64,000 nt of DNA from Piromyces finnis finn. Its lineage: Eukaryota > Fungi > Neocallimastigomycota. Under the pieces are notes generated by a model. The model made no database searches and was not told the origin of the DNA. It saw only the letters and a program-made list of their open reading frames with translations. The DNA lies in contig MCFH01000063.1 in NCBI GenBank assembly GCA_002104945.1, positions 186,001 to 250,000 of the forward strand, given 5' to 3'. Every line of letters starts with the position of its first letter. Position 1 is the stretch's first letter. Positions 52,981 to 64,000 of this stretch are shown here, piece by piece. The position numbers were made by a program, and so were the translations under genes.

Positions 52981-53988
52981 TTACTTTAAACGTTCACCAA
53001 CTTGAGAATTAAGGTAGTAGTCAAGTTTATCATAGGTTTGTTGACCTCTGAATTCATCTGGGTAACCATAGTTCTTGAACCAAACAATGTAGTTACTTGG
53101 ATTAACATTGATACCTTGTTCTTCAGAAAGTCTTTGTTTAAAAGCAGCATTACCAAGGAAGAATGGCTTCTTGGAAACAGCAGAACTGTAAGTACTGTAA
53201 ACTCTGTATGGGTAATCAATATTAACATTGTACCAATAACCACTGAATCTAATATAGTTCCAGTAGTGACCATTGTTATCACCACCAACAAGAATACGGT
53301 TTTCTGGTAAACCAGAAGCAATGCAAAGAAGACGGAAAAGTCTAGCGTAACCGTCTCTGGTACCGAACTTAGTAACAAGGTTAACAGCAACACTACCAGA
53401 ATCCTTAACATCAGAAGTACGTAAGTAAGTTTGAGTCTTCTTAGCAATTTCGAAAATGTTTTCCTTTTCTTCATAAGTAGTTAATTTATCATAATTTATC
53501 TTTTGAATACTTAAAGATTTGGCTAATTTTTCAACATAGTCGTTAACAAAAGACTTAGTACCCATGCTGTAGAAGGTAACATCCTTGTTAACATCCTTGA
53601 AAGCAGTAAGTTCAGTAGTGATCTTTTGGTTGAATAAGTAAACACTCTTTAAGTTCTTACAACCGTTGAAAGTGTAATGATCAAAGTGGAAACTTTCAAC
53701 ATTAGAAGCAACAGTAATAGATTCGAATGGACAGTAACTGTCATTGAAAGTGTGGTCAAGAACACCAGTAACCTTGAACTTAATACCTTGAACATAAACG
53801 TAAGCTGGGAAGGTAACAGACTTGGCAGTAGTAGCATTGTTTCTTAAACCAACAATAGTAGCGGTACCACCATTTGGACCAGAAACCCAGAAGTTGAAGG
53901 TATCATCGTGTTGTTGCTTATCTAAAATAGCAGCTCCAAAAGCAACTGAAGCGTTAAGAACAGCGAAAAGTAATTTACCTAATTTCAT
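52981..53988 (-). CDS. LRR/transglutaminase-like copy 3 (335 aa, intronless)
   Basis: N-terminus identical to copy 1; GTRDGYA...HYWNYIRFSGYWYNVN; distinct C-terminus. Confidence 0.75.
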   Translation of the reverse strand: MKLGKLLFAVLNASVAFGAAILDKQQHDDTFNFWVSGPNGGTATIVGLRNNATTAKSVTFPAYVYVQGIKFKVTGVLDHTFNDSYCPFESITVASNVESFHFDHYTFNGCKNLKSVYLFNQKITTELTAFKDVNKDVTFYSMGTKSFVNDYVEKLAKSLSIQKINYDKLTTYEEKENIFEIAKKTQTYLRTSDVKDSGSVAVNLVTKFGTRDGYARLFRLLCIASGLPENRILVGGDNNGHYWNYIRFSGYWYNVNIDYPYRVYSTYSSAVSKKPFFLGNAAFKQRLSEEQGINVNPSNYIVWFKNYGYPDEFRGQQTYDKLDYYLNSQVGERLK

Positions 53989-56900
53989 TTTTTTTTTTTA
54001 AATTATTATTATTTATTTAATAATAATGTTTGATGTTTGTGTTGAATTTAATAAAAATTGAGAATAAACCTTCTTTTTATACTCGTTTCTTTCAAATTAA
54101 TAAACCATCAATAAAAATAATAGTTAAACTGTTTAATATATTTAAAATATTAATAAATAAAGTTTGTAGATATAATAATTAATTATTTCAATTGGAATTG
54201 AATAAATTAATTATCCATAAACATTTATAAAAATAAATTAAAATTTTAATAACTATAAAACCAAACATAAAATAGTATTAGATAAACTTTTTTACTATGT
54301 AATAATAATAATAATAAAAGTGATTATCATTTTAAATAAGATTGAATAACAATAATAATAACCAATAAATAATAATAATAATTAATATTATAGTATTCAT
54401 ATTACTATTATAGGTAATAGGTAGTGGTAGTAGTAGTTGTTGTTGTTACTATACTAATGATTATTATCTATTATTACAACTTATTATTTCCTAAGTAATA
54501 AACTTTTAAACTTTAACTTGATAATAAATTTAATTATATTATTCATTAGAGAATAATATTATTTTAAACTTACATATCATTATTTTAGTAATAAAAGTTA
54601 ATTCAACCAATGTCTAAAAGAAAAATAGAATAATCTTTAAAAATAAGAGAATTAATACAAAAAATGAATATTTTTTCAATATTTCTTTTCTTCAACAAGA
54701 ACAAATAACAAAGAAAAAATAGACACAACTTTTCTCTTATGAATAGATTATTTAATTATTATAATATTTAAATAATAATAAATAATAGTAAATAATAATA
54801 AATAATAATAAATAACAATGGACAATAATAATAAATATTATTTAAATGATATTTAAATAATAATAAATTATAATGGACAAAGGCAATCAATATTCATTTT
54901 AAAAGTTATTTTGATTTTACTATTGAATTATAAAAAAAGTTTTAATTAGTTTGTGTAACTTTTTTTATTATCAAACACTTTTCTTTATTTGTATAAAAAA
55001 CAAAGATTTTAATTAAAAATTAATTTAAAAAATGTTTTATTAAAAAATATTACACAATAAAAATAATAAAAATGGTAAAAGAATTAATATTGTTAAAACA
55101 ATAATTAATTAATTTTTATAATATTTAATGTTTACTTTTTTTTAAATAAAATTGTTGATCATCCTCAAATTTATATTAAGTAATTATTTTTAACCAATGA
55201 ATTAAGGTTTCCAGACTTTTAAAATAATAATTAATTAAATTATAGAATATTATTTTAATTAAATTCATTTAATTAACTCTTTAAACTTTAAAATATCTAT
55301 TTTTTATTTAATATTTAATATTTACCAAAAACTTTTTTTAATATTTCTATTTTAATTTAAAAAAAGTTAAATGTAACAGAATAATAAATAAATTAAAATA
55401 AAATGAAATAAATAATGAAAAATAATAAGGATAAAACAAATCAATTTATATAAAATATTTTAAACCTTTGAAATAGAATAAAAAAGAAATATAGAAAATA
55501 AATAACTGGTTTTATGGAAATATTATTTATATTTATGTTATATAATAATAGAGTTGTCTTTAAAAAATTAAAAAATATTACTTTTATATTTTATTTTGTG
55601 GTGTTTCAATATTCTTTTCATTCATTAAATTAATTGAATATATCTTTTATTAATAAATAAAATTAATTAAAGTTTAATTAATAATAAATTTAATAATTAA
55701 AGTTTTTTTAATTTATTGAAACTATTTAATATACATTTAATATAATAATTTTTTATACAGAAATTTAAATTGATCACAAAAAATTTGTTTATTATTAAAA
55801 GAAAAATTAATTAAAATTAATGGAATGGGATGATTTTCTTTTAACTCTACATAATAATAGAATGAATGAAAGAAACATTTCCTTCATAAATAGGTTTGAA
55901 AAGGTTAAAAAAATAATATATAATATATATTTTATTTTTAAAAAAGTTTAACAATACTTTATTAAATACCTTACATAATGATTTTAAAATTGTCTTTTTT
56001 TTTTTTTTTATTTTTTTATTTATAATATTATTATTGAATTAAAATATACTCTTTTTCTACTATAAATTTATTTTTATAGTAAAAGGATTAGAATATATAT
56101 CTTTTATTTATTTATTTGTCACTTTATTAATACCTATAAACATAATACTTTATTCTTGTTTAAAATAACAACCAAATGAAAAAATTGTTTTTAATAAAAT
56201 AATAAATGAAATATATGAATAATACAGTTATAATAATTTGTTTTTCCTTTATAATTGAACAAAAATGAAATGTTTATGCGTTTTTGTTAAAAACAAAAAA
56301 GGAAAAAATGGTGTAAATTATAATAGAATGGATTAAAAGTTTTTTTTTAAAATAGATGAAAAATAAAAATAATATTAAATTATAGTTTTCACAAAATATT
56401 ATTTTCGTGTTTGTTTTATATTAAACAAAAATATATATAATATTTAATCCTTTTTTTTTTTTTTTACTTCCAGATATATGTATATTTGATTCAAAATTAA
56501 TAATAATAAACAACTAAAAAAAAGGTTAGTTTTAAACATATAAATTAAAATTATTTAGATTGTAAAATTTAGATTGTAAAAATAAAATAATATTTATGTT
56601 TTTTTTTTATGTATTTGTATTTTATAAAATTATTAATTGAACCACTTTTTTTTATTATTTTTTGGTTATTTTTAGGGATTTAAGAAATTTACAATATTTA
56701 TATTATAAAAAATAAATATAAATAAAAGATTATAAAACCCAAATAATTTTTTAAGTGTAAAGTAAATTTATTTCTGACAAGAATTATATATATATTGTAA
56801 TTGTAAAAAGGTTAATTTATTTGTGAATGAATTAACTTTTTTGTAATGATAAAATATTAATTATTATATTTATAGTAGTATTCTAAAGGTTATATTAAAA

Positions 56901-57286
56901 ATTCTTCATATCAAATAATCTAGTTTATAAAACGAATTTTTAAATTTAGTTTTATATCTTTAATAACTAAAAATGTTTTATTTATCTCTTTTAATAACAC
57001 TAATATAAACTGTTAATTCTTTTTTATTATTATTATTATTATTATACTTTAAAGTTTTTTATATTTTTAAATTATGTATTATTTATTTATATAATTATTT
57101 ACATTTTATTAAATATTATATAATATTCTATTATAATGAAACATTTATATAAGTATTAAAAAAATTAAAAAAGAAAAAGGAAAATGAAATATTTATATTT
57201 TTATTTCTATATAGGATCCCCTTTTTTTTAATAAGGTTTTTTCCTCTCTATTATTATGATAATATTATATATAATTTATTTTTTTA

Positions 57287-58952
57287 TTAATAATTATCTT
57301 CTATTGGTGGTAATTCTGCTCTCTCTATACAGTTTGGTAAACGTTGATTTCTATTGGAAAAATTATTTGAATAGGAATTTATATTACTAAAATTAAAAGT
57401 TACATTAGTATATTCATCCTCATTACTATTGGATCCTTTACTTCTATTAGATAAAAATGAAGGATCATTTAAACCCATCGCTGTGAACCTTAAATTATTT
57501 GCATTAATTGTAATGCTGGTATCACCGGAATATCTATTTTCTAATAAATTACTTTTACTTTCCTCAGCTTCTTTATTTAAATTGAGATTACTTAATTTTT
57601 CGTAGTACAATTTAGAACCATTGATATTTTTATTAAATTGATTACTAATACTACTTAGATTAAAATTATTGCATGATTTATTACAAGAAGGTGTTGTTGT
57701 TGCATTGATACTGGATTCATTCTTTAAATGAAGTAGTAAAATTTGATCAATAAAAATCATATAGTATTGTACATTAGCAATCATTGTTCGTATATCTTCA
57801 AAAGAGAATTCTAAGTTTTGATATCCTTTTTTATTTCGATAGTAAAATTTGAGAATAATGGATACGGAACATATTGGCAGGAAAACAATAGAAATAATAA
57901 TAGAAATAAGAATTCTAAATTCTGAAACATTTCTAAATCTTTTTAGGAAACCAAATTCAGATTGTCCCATTTCATTAAGTTTTCTTTTCAGGACAAAGAA
58001 TACCGTGAAATCGTATATTAATGAAGTATATATAATGGATATTTGAATAACCCAATAGGTGTTATAAAAATTATTGACCACTTGTCCATCAAAAACACCA
58101 TTAACATCATATAATTTTTCGGGTTTGAGGGTGAAATGGAAAAGGATAAGAGAAAGTTTTGCCAAATTGAATAAGGCACAAGATAAGTAGACATACCATA
58201 TGGATCTATCTTTTGTTACTGCTTTCGTACGAATCAGTGGATACCAATCAGCAATCATTTCCCCAAAATACCAACAAACTGTACCTATTTGACGTGTGAA
58301 AAACCATCTAAATGGATGCATTTCCGTAAAATATACATTATTTTGACATATATAGGATACATTTCCATTTTCGTCAGTTATTGGAGTATTGGAATAATAA
58401 TGTTTAAAATATTCACCCAATTTATCTATTACATCTCCAGAACCACTATAAAGAAAAAATATTATTTATTTATATTAATATAGTTAAAAAAAAAATTAAA
58501 TAAATTTTTTTTAAATTATTATAAAAAGTGTAATATTAATATCCTATTAAAATTATTAATTATTAATTTATATGTATATATTTAATATGTAATTTCATAA
58601 TAATTAATAAAGAGTATTATTGATATTTTTACCGTATAAGAAAATGAAGTAAAATAATTTTCATTACAGGTTTTTTAAAGCTGAATCGATGAATAATGAA
58701 AATAAGTAAAGTCCAATAAAAGAAATTAAATGTAAAAATTTTAGATATTGCATAAATGGCAATTCTAATAGATTCAATTTTATTATTGATAACGTCTTCT
58801 TCTGAAAGTGAATTTAAATATTGTATATAACATGTAAAATTAGTTCCTTTACTTCTTAACCATTGAAAATATGTAGCTTGATCTCTATTACTTTCAATAA
58901 AATATTGTCTTTCTGATTGTTCAATAGCTTGAATCTGCTCAAGTGTTAACAT
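57287..58952 (-). CDS. Multi-pass membrane protein of unknown function (2 exons: 58952-~58633, 58445-57287)
   Basis: Exons join in frame (..HFLIR-GSGDVIDKLGE..). About 6-7 hydrophobic segments, motif WYFGEMIADWYPLIRTKAV, Asn/Ser-rich cytoplasmic tail. Confidence 0.7.
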
Positions 58953-60328
58953 TTTTTTTTAAATATATATTTATAATTATAATATTTTTTTTTCACTGTA
59001 ACATTATATATAAATGTTATTTAGAGTATATTTATTTTTTATTTTAATGTTTTAAATTATTATAATTGCTTAAAAAAATAAAAAGTAAAAAGGAAAAAAA
59101 AATTAATAAAACTTTTACTAATTTTTATATTTTTATATTCTTTTTTTTTTTTTTTTTTTCATTTTAACTTTTGTCATTGCCAATAATTCAAATATAATTT
59201 AAAGTTCAGTTAAGTAAAAAAAAAAAAAAAAAAATTAACCAATAATTTAGGAAAATCAAAAATCTCGATAGGTAATTAAATGTAAAATAATAAAATTGTT
59301 ATTTTGAATGGAGCATTTTTATTTATAAAGTTTTTTTAATTAATTAAATAGGAATATACTTATCATTTAAGTATAAAAAACCCAATTTTTTTTATGAATT
59401 ATGGTAAATAATTATAAATGTGTAGTAATTAAAGGTAAAGTTTAATAGTTAATATTTTTTTAATAATAGTATTAAAATCTAGAAAAAAAAATATTAATTA
59501 TGAATATAAAAGTATGATTGATACTAAAGTTTTTTTTATTTATTATTTTAATATTTGAATATAATATTTTATATGATATAAAAAAAATGAAATAGGAAAC
59601 CTAATTAATAGTAATGTTATAGTAATAGTAGTATTTTTTTTTTAAATTTCTTTTTTAAAATTATAATACATAACAATATTGGTATATTTAATTGTATATA
59701 ATTTTTAGTTACGAATTTCTTCTGGCTAAAAAGTTTGGCTAAAATGGTCAAAAACCTAGGATAAATATTAATTTTTTAGTGTAATTACATTGATTTATCT
59801 CTTTTAACTATTAAAAAAAAGATATTAATTTGGGTATAAAAGATTAAATTAGTATATAGTTCTATACTACTTTTTTTTTTATGATCTAACCTTATAAAAT
59901 GTATATTAAATATTAAATATTTATAATAAAAAATATTATAATATATATATTGATTTATAATAAAGATAAACAAAAAAAAAAGTAGTATTTGTGAATATAA
60001 TAAGTTATATAATATTATCTATGTGTACCTTTTTTTATATATATAACAAAATATAAAAATATTTTTATTCATTCAATTCAAAATGGGAATTACATACATT
60101 TTATATAACTATTGTTTTTATTCTATTTTTTTTTTATTTATTATAATATTAAAATTAATTACTAAACTTTATCAATTTATTCTCTATACACTGTAAATAT
60201 AAACATATTTTTTATATATTTTTAAAAAAAAGTATTAAAAACTTTATAAACTAAAAAACAATAAATATTAAATATTATTTCTATTCTTATTATTTAATTT
60301 TTTTTTAATTATTGTATGTTATGTACTT

Positions 60329-63300
60329 TTAATTATTAAAATCTAAAACACACATATGGAAGTAGTCATTGATTACTTGACATTTATAACCTTCAACACA
60401 ACATGGAGAGGCGTCTGGATGACCTAATCCACCACATGGTTGATAGGCTTGAGTATAGGAAGAGCAAGAATTTGAACTGATATTAGTAGTATAGCTTTTA
60501 ACAGCGGAATTTGTAGAAGTAGCAGGGTCAGTAATATAGTATACTTCGTTAAGGTATAATTTAAGACCAATATTTTTGGCATCTTGGAAGGAAATTCTAT
60601 CGAATTTTCTATCAGTATTGATTTTAATACTATATTTAGTCATTCCTGAAGTAGCAATATTTTGAATGGTACCAACATTAACATATTCATCAATATCTGC
60701 AAGATGAATTAAGATTTGAAGAGAAGCATTGGCAATAGTGGTTTTAGATTTGAAATATAAAGTACCTGAACCAAATTGTATATTATCATTTCTCTTAAAG
60801 GATACAGCACCCCAAGCACCAGTATTGATGTAGTTTACCATATAACCTTGACTATTGAATCTGGTAGATTCCACACCCCATGACCAATTATCCCATTGAC
60901 TTGAAACCTTAAAGGAATTTGCAACAATAATATCATATCTTTGTCCTGTACTTGTTGCTACAGCTGAAGAAGTTGCGGTTTTTGTTACTGTAGTAATAGC
61001 AGTAGCAGTCTTTGTTACTGTAGTTGTTACTGGTTTAATTGTAGTAGTAGTAGTAGTAGTAGTAGTAGTTGTTGTTGTTGTTGTTGTAGTTGGCTCAACA
61101 CTGGTAGTAGTAGTTGTTGTAGTAGTAGTTGGTTTAACTGTGGTAGTAGTAGTTGTTGTAGTAGTTGGTTTAACTGTAGTAGTCGTAGTAGAAGTAGAGA
61201 TTGTACCTGGAACAAAGTAAACATCATTAAGATATAAGGTAAGACCTTTGTTATTACCATCTTGAATAGAAATTCTATGGTATTTTCCATTAGCTGGTTC
61301 CTTAATAGCAACACTATATTGAGTCATTTTAGACTAGTTAAGATATAAATATATATATATTTTAATAGTTATTATTAAAGATAAAAATAAAAAAAACCTT
61401 TTTTTTTTGATAAAATATTTTTATCATTATATCATGGTAATAGTATTATTCATTTACTTACTGTAGAAATATTTTGAACGGTACCAACTTTAACATATTC
61501 ATCCACAGAGACAAGGTGAACTAAAATTTTAAGAGTAGCACTGGTATCATTGGTTTTAGCCTTAAAATATAAAGTTCCATCACCTAAATGAAGGTTATTA
61601 CCACTCTTAAATGAAACAGCACCCCATTTACCAGATGTAATATAATTAATCATATTACTTTCACTATCAAATTTACTACTTTGAACACCCCATGACCAAT
61701 TCTTCCAATCACTAGAAATAGCTGAAGAACCTTGTTTAATAATATCATACTTTACACCAGTACTTGTTGCAACTGGAGAGGAAGTCGTAGTAGTGGTAGT
61801 CTTAACAGTAGTAGTTGTTTTCTTTGTTGTGGTAGCTGCAGCACCACCAGTAACAAAGTAAACATCATTAAGGTATAATGTAAGACCATTATTCTTACCA
61901 TCTTGAATTGTTATTCTATCGTATTTACCAGTAGATGTTGCCTTCACAGCTACTTTATATTGTGTCATTTGAGTCTATAGCATAAATATTTGTATTATTT
62001 ATAAATATATATATAAACATAAATAATTTTTTTTAAAAAAAAATATTAGATATAAATAAAAATTAAAAAAAAGAAAAAGAAATCTTTCTTTCAATTATAT
62101 AAAAATACGTACTGTTGAAACTTTTTCGACAATACCAGCATTAACATAATCATCAAGATCGGCAAGATGTAATAAAACTTGAAGGGTAGCATTTGTATCA
62201 TTAGTTTTAGCCTTGAAATATAAAGTACCTTCACCAAATTTAACAGTGTCACTTCTCTTAAAAGATACACCTCCCCAAACACCAGAAGTAATATAATTGA
62301 CCATATTACCACTGGTATCAAATTTGTAACTTTTTACACCCCAAGACCAATTAATCCATTCAGAAGAAATCTTTGAAGATCCTTCCTTAATAATATCATA
62401 TCTTTCACCTACACTAGTGGTTGGTTCGGCTGAAGAAGTAGTTTCAGAGGTTTTTGTGGTTGTTGTGGAACTTTTAGTTGTGGTTGAAGTTTTAGTTTTA
62501 GTACTAGATTCTGATGATGATGAACCACCATAATTGTATGGTTTTGGAACAAATGAAGCAGCATCTGATAAAATTTCATTTTCGTTTAAACCATAGTTAC
62601 TTAAAGCAACCTTAAATTTATTTTTAATCCAAGTCTTAAGACTGTTTTCAACATTATTTTCAAAGGAACTTACTGATAAAGATTTTTTAGATCCTTTCTT
62701 ATTAATTCTACCTGGTAATGTACCATCAGCATTTGCAGTACAATCTTCTTGAATGTATGGTTTAAGGAATGATTTAATTTCACTTATACGAGAATTTAAT
62801 AAGTTTGGATTAAAGGCACCTACTAAGACTTCATTAACAATTTTCTTAAATTTAGTTTTATTTTGGAAAATTATTTTTTTAAGGATTGGAATATTTTTTT
62901 CCCAATCAGCTATCGTGAAATCAACGTATTGCTTGTTAGGATTAAATGTAGTACCATCTTGGTTTGAGGATTTACTAGACCATAATGAACTAGAAAGACC
63001 ATTACCAAAAGTATTATCAAAATCGTAATAAATGACCACCCATTTACCATCACTATCTTTTTTATACCAGTTGAAGTTATGACCATAAATCATAAAGTGA
63101 TCAAATGAACCAATTAACCATTCAAATGCTAAATACTTTAAAAAGATATCAACATCCATATATTTTTCAATATCCGAAACGGTATTACAATTATTAATAT
63201 TTGTAATAAATGTTTTAAATTGATTCATATCTGGGTAATCATCGTTTGCATTAAGACAAGCATAGGAAGAATTTGGTTTGAAGTTGAAACCACCGGATTT

Positions 63301-63982
63301 ACATTGAATTAAAGTTGTAACTTCTTCAACAGGTGGATTGAAGGTTTGTTTAATCCAAGAAGTTTTAATAGAATCCATGAATACGTATAAACCCCAGAAT
63401 TCTCCATTCATATAAAGTCTAGCATAGGAGGCTTGAGGAGATGGTAAACCTAATCTATTAGCAATATCACAACAAATCTTTGAACGAATTTTACTGGAAT
63501 CTCCAGGATCTGGTCTTAACTTGAAATTTTTACGACCTAAAAATTTCTTATCAAACTTTAAATTAAAACCTACTTTATCGTAGGAACGACCATACATACC
63601 ACCAGTTTTATAAGTGACTTTATCATAAGTTTTTGAATTTCTAGATATTTTAATAAAAAATAAATAAAAAAATTTTTTTTTTATAAATAATGAATGAATT
63701 ATTTTTATAATGTAATTAATATTATAAAGAAAATATTATTTTAGTAATAATAGTAATCACTCTACCCATTCCATTTAACAAGAATAGTAGCATTTTTATA
63801 TTCAAAATCTGGAATATTTGCAGCACCTTTTGCTTGAATATCACTTGAAGAAACTTGAGCCATTTTAATTAAATTATTAACTTCTGAAGTAGGCATAGTA
63901 ACATATAGATCAACCATTGTCAAATCTATTTCATCAAAAGTTCTATCTAAACCGCTTAAGAAAGCACCAAATACGGTTGTAA
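60329..63982 (-). CDS. CotH kinase + three CBM29-like modules + C-terminal CBM1; first exon(s) outside the window
   Basis: CotH: YGRSYDK, DSSKIR, LYMNGEFWGLY, FDH..HN..WY...YYDFD. Thr/Ser linkers. Three ~135-aa repeats (NWSWG...WG.VSFK...G.GTLYFK.K...DRI..QD) resembling Piromyces NCP1 CBM29. Terminal QPCGG.G......CC..GYKCQVINDYFHMC fits CBM1. Confidence 0.85.
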
Positions 63983-64000
63983 CTTTATATATAAAATAAA

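Noticed and set aside
46619-53837. Overlapping alternative-frame and antisense ORFs (128-162 aa) repeated in each LRR/TGase copy
   Set aside because: They recur only because the host genes are duplicated and codon-biased; they show no independent protein features.

Overview
Extremely AT-rich, intron-rich eukaryotic DNA whose gene content (several CotH kinases, CBM29-like/CBM1 modules, a beta-helix/EGF/class-C GPCR) points to an anaerobic gut fungus (Neocallimastigomycota; inferred). Left to right: two tandem GPI-anchor-type CotH genes (+); a secreted Shewanella-like metallophosphoesterase (-); a disrupted, intronless RNF213-like gene with a recognisable RZ finger (-); a (TTACTA)n array; a stack of three LTR-retrotransposon insertions (solo LTR family A, solo LTR family B, full-length family B Ty3/gypsy chromovirus), each bounded by the same 5-bp target duplication GGTTA, ending 62 bp upstream of a tRNA-Gly(TCC); a second phosphatase paralog (-); two copies of a 535-bp tRNA-headed, poly(A)-tailed SINE, one with a family-A solo LTR at almost the same distance from its B box as the stack is from the tRNA B box; a large multi-exon GPCR (+); three tandem BspA-LRR/inactive-transglutaminase-like genes (-, middle one a pseudogene); a multi-pass membrane protein (-); and a CotH-3xCBM29-like-CBM1 gene running off the right edge (-). 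The strongest signal is an apparent RNA-polymerase-III-promoter-directed, position-specific LTR integration system shared by two LTR families that also hits SINEs; the full element also shows a Tf1-type 11-nt self-priming site and a -1 frameshift signal. All calls come from reading the sequence; no database search was run.
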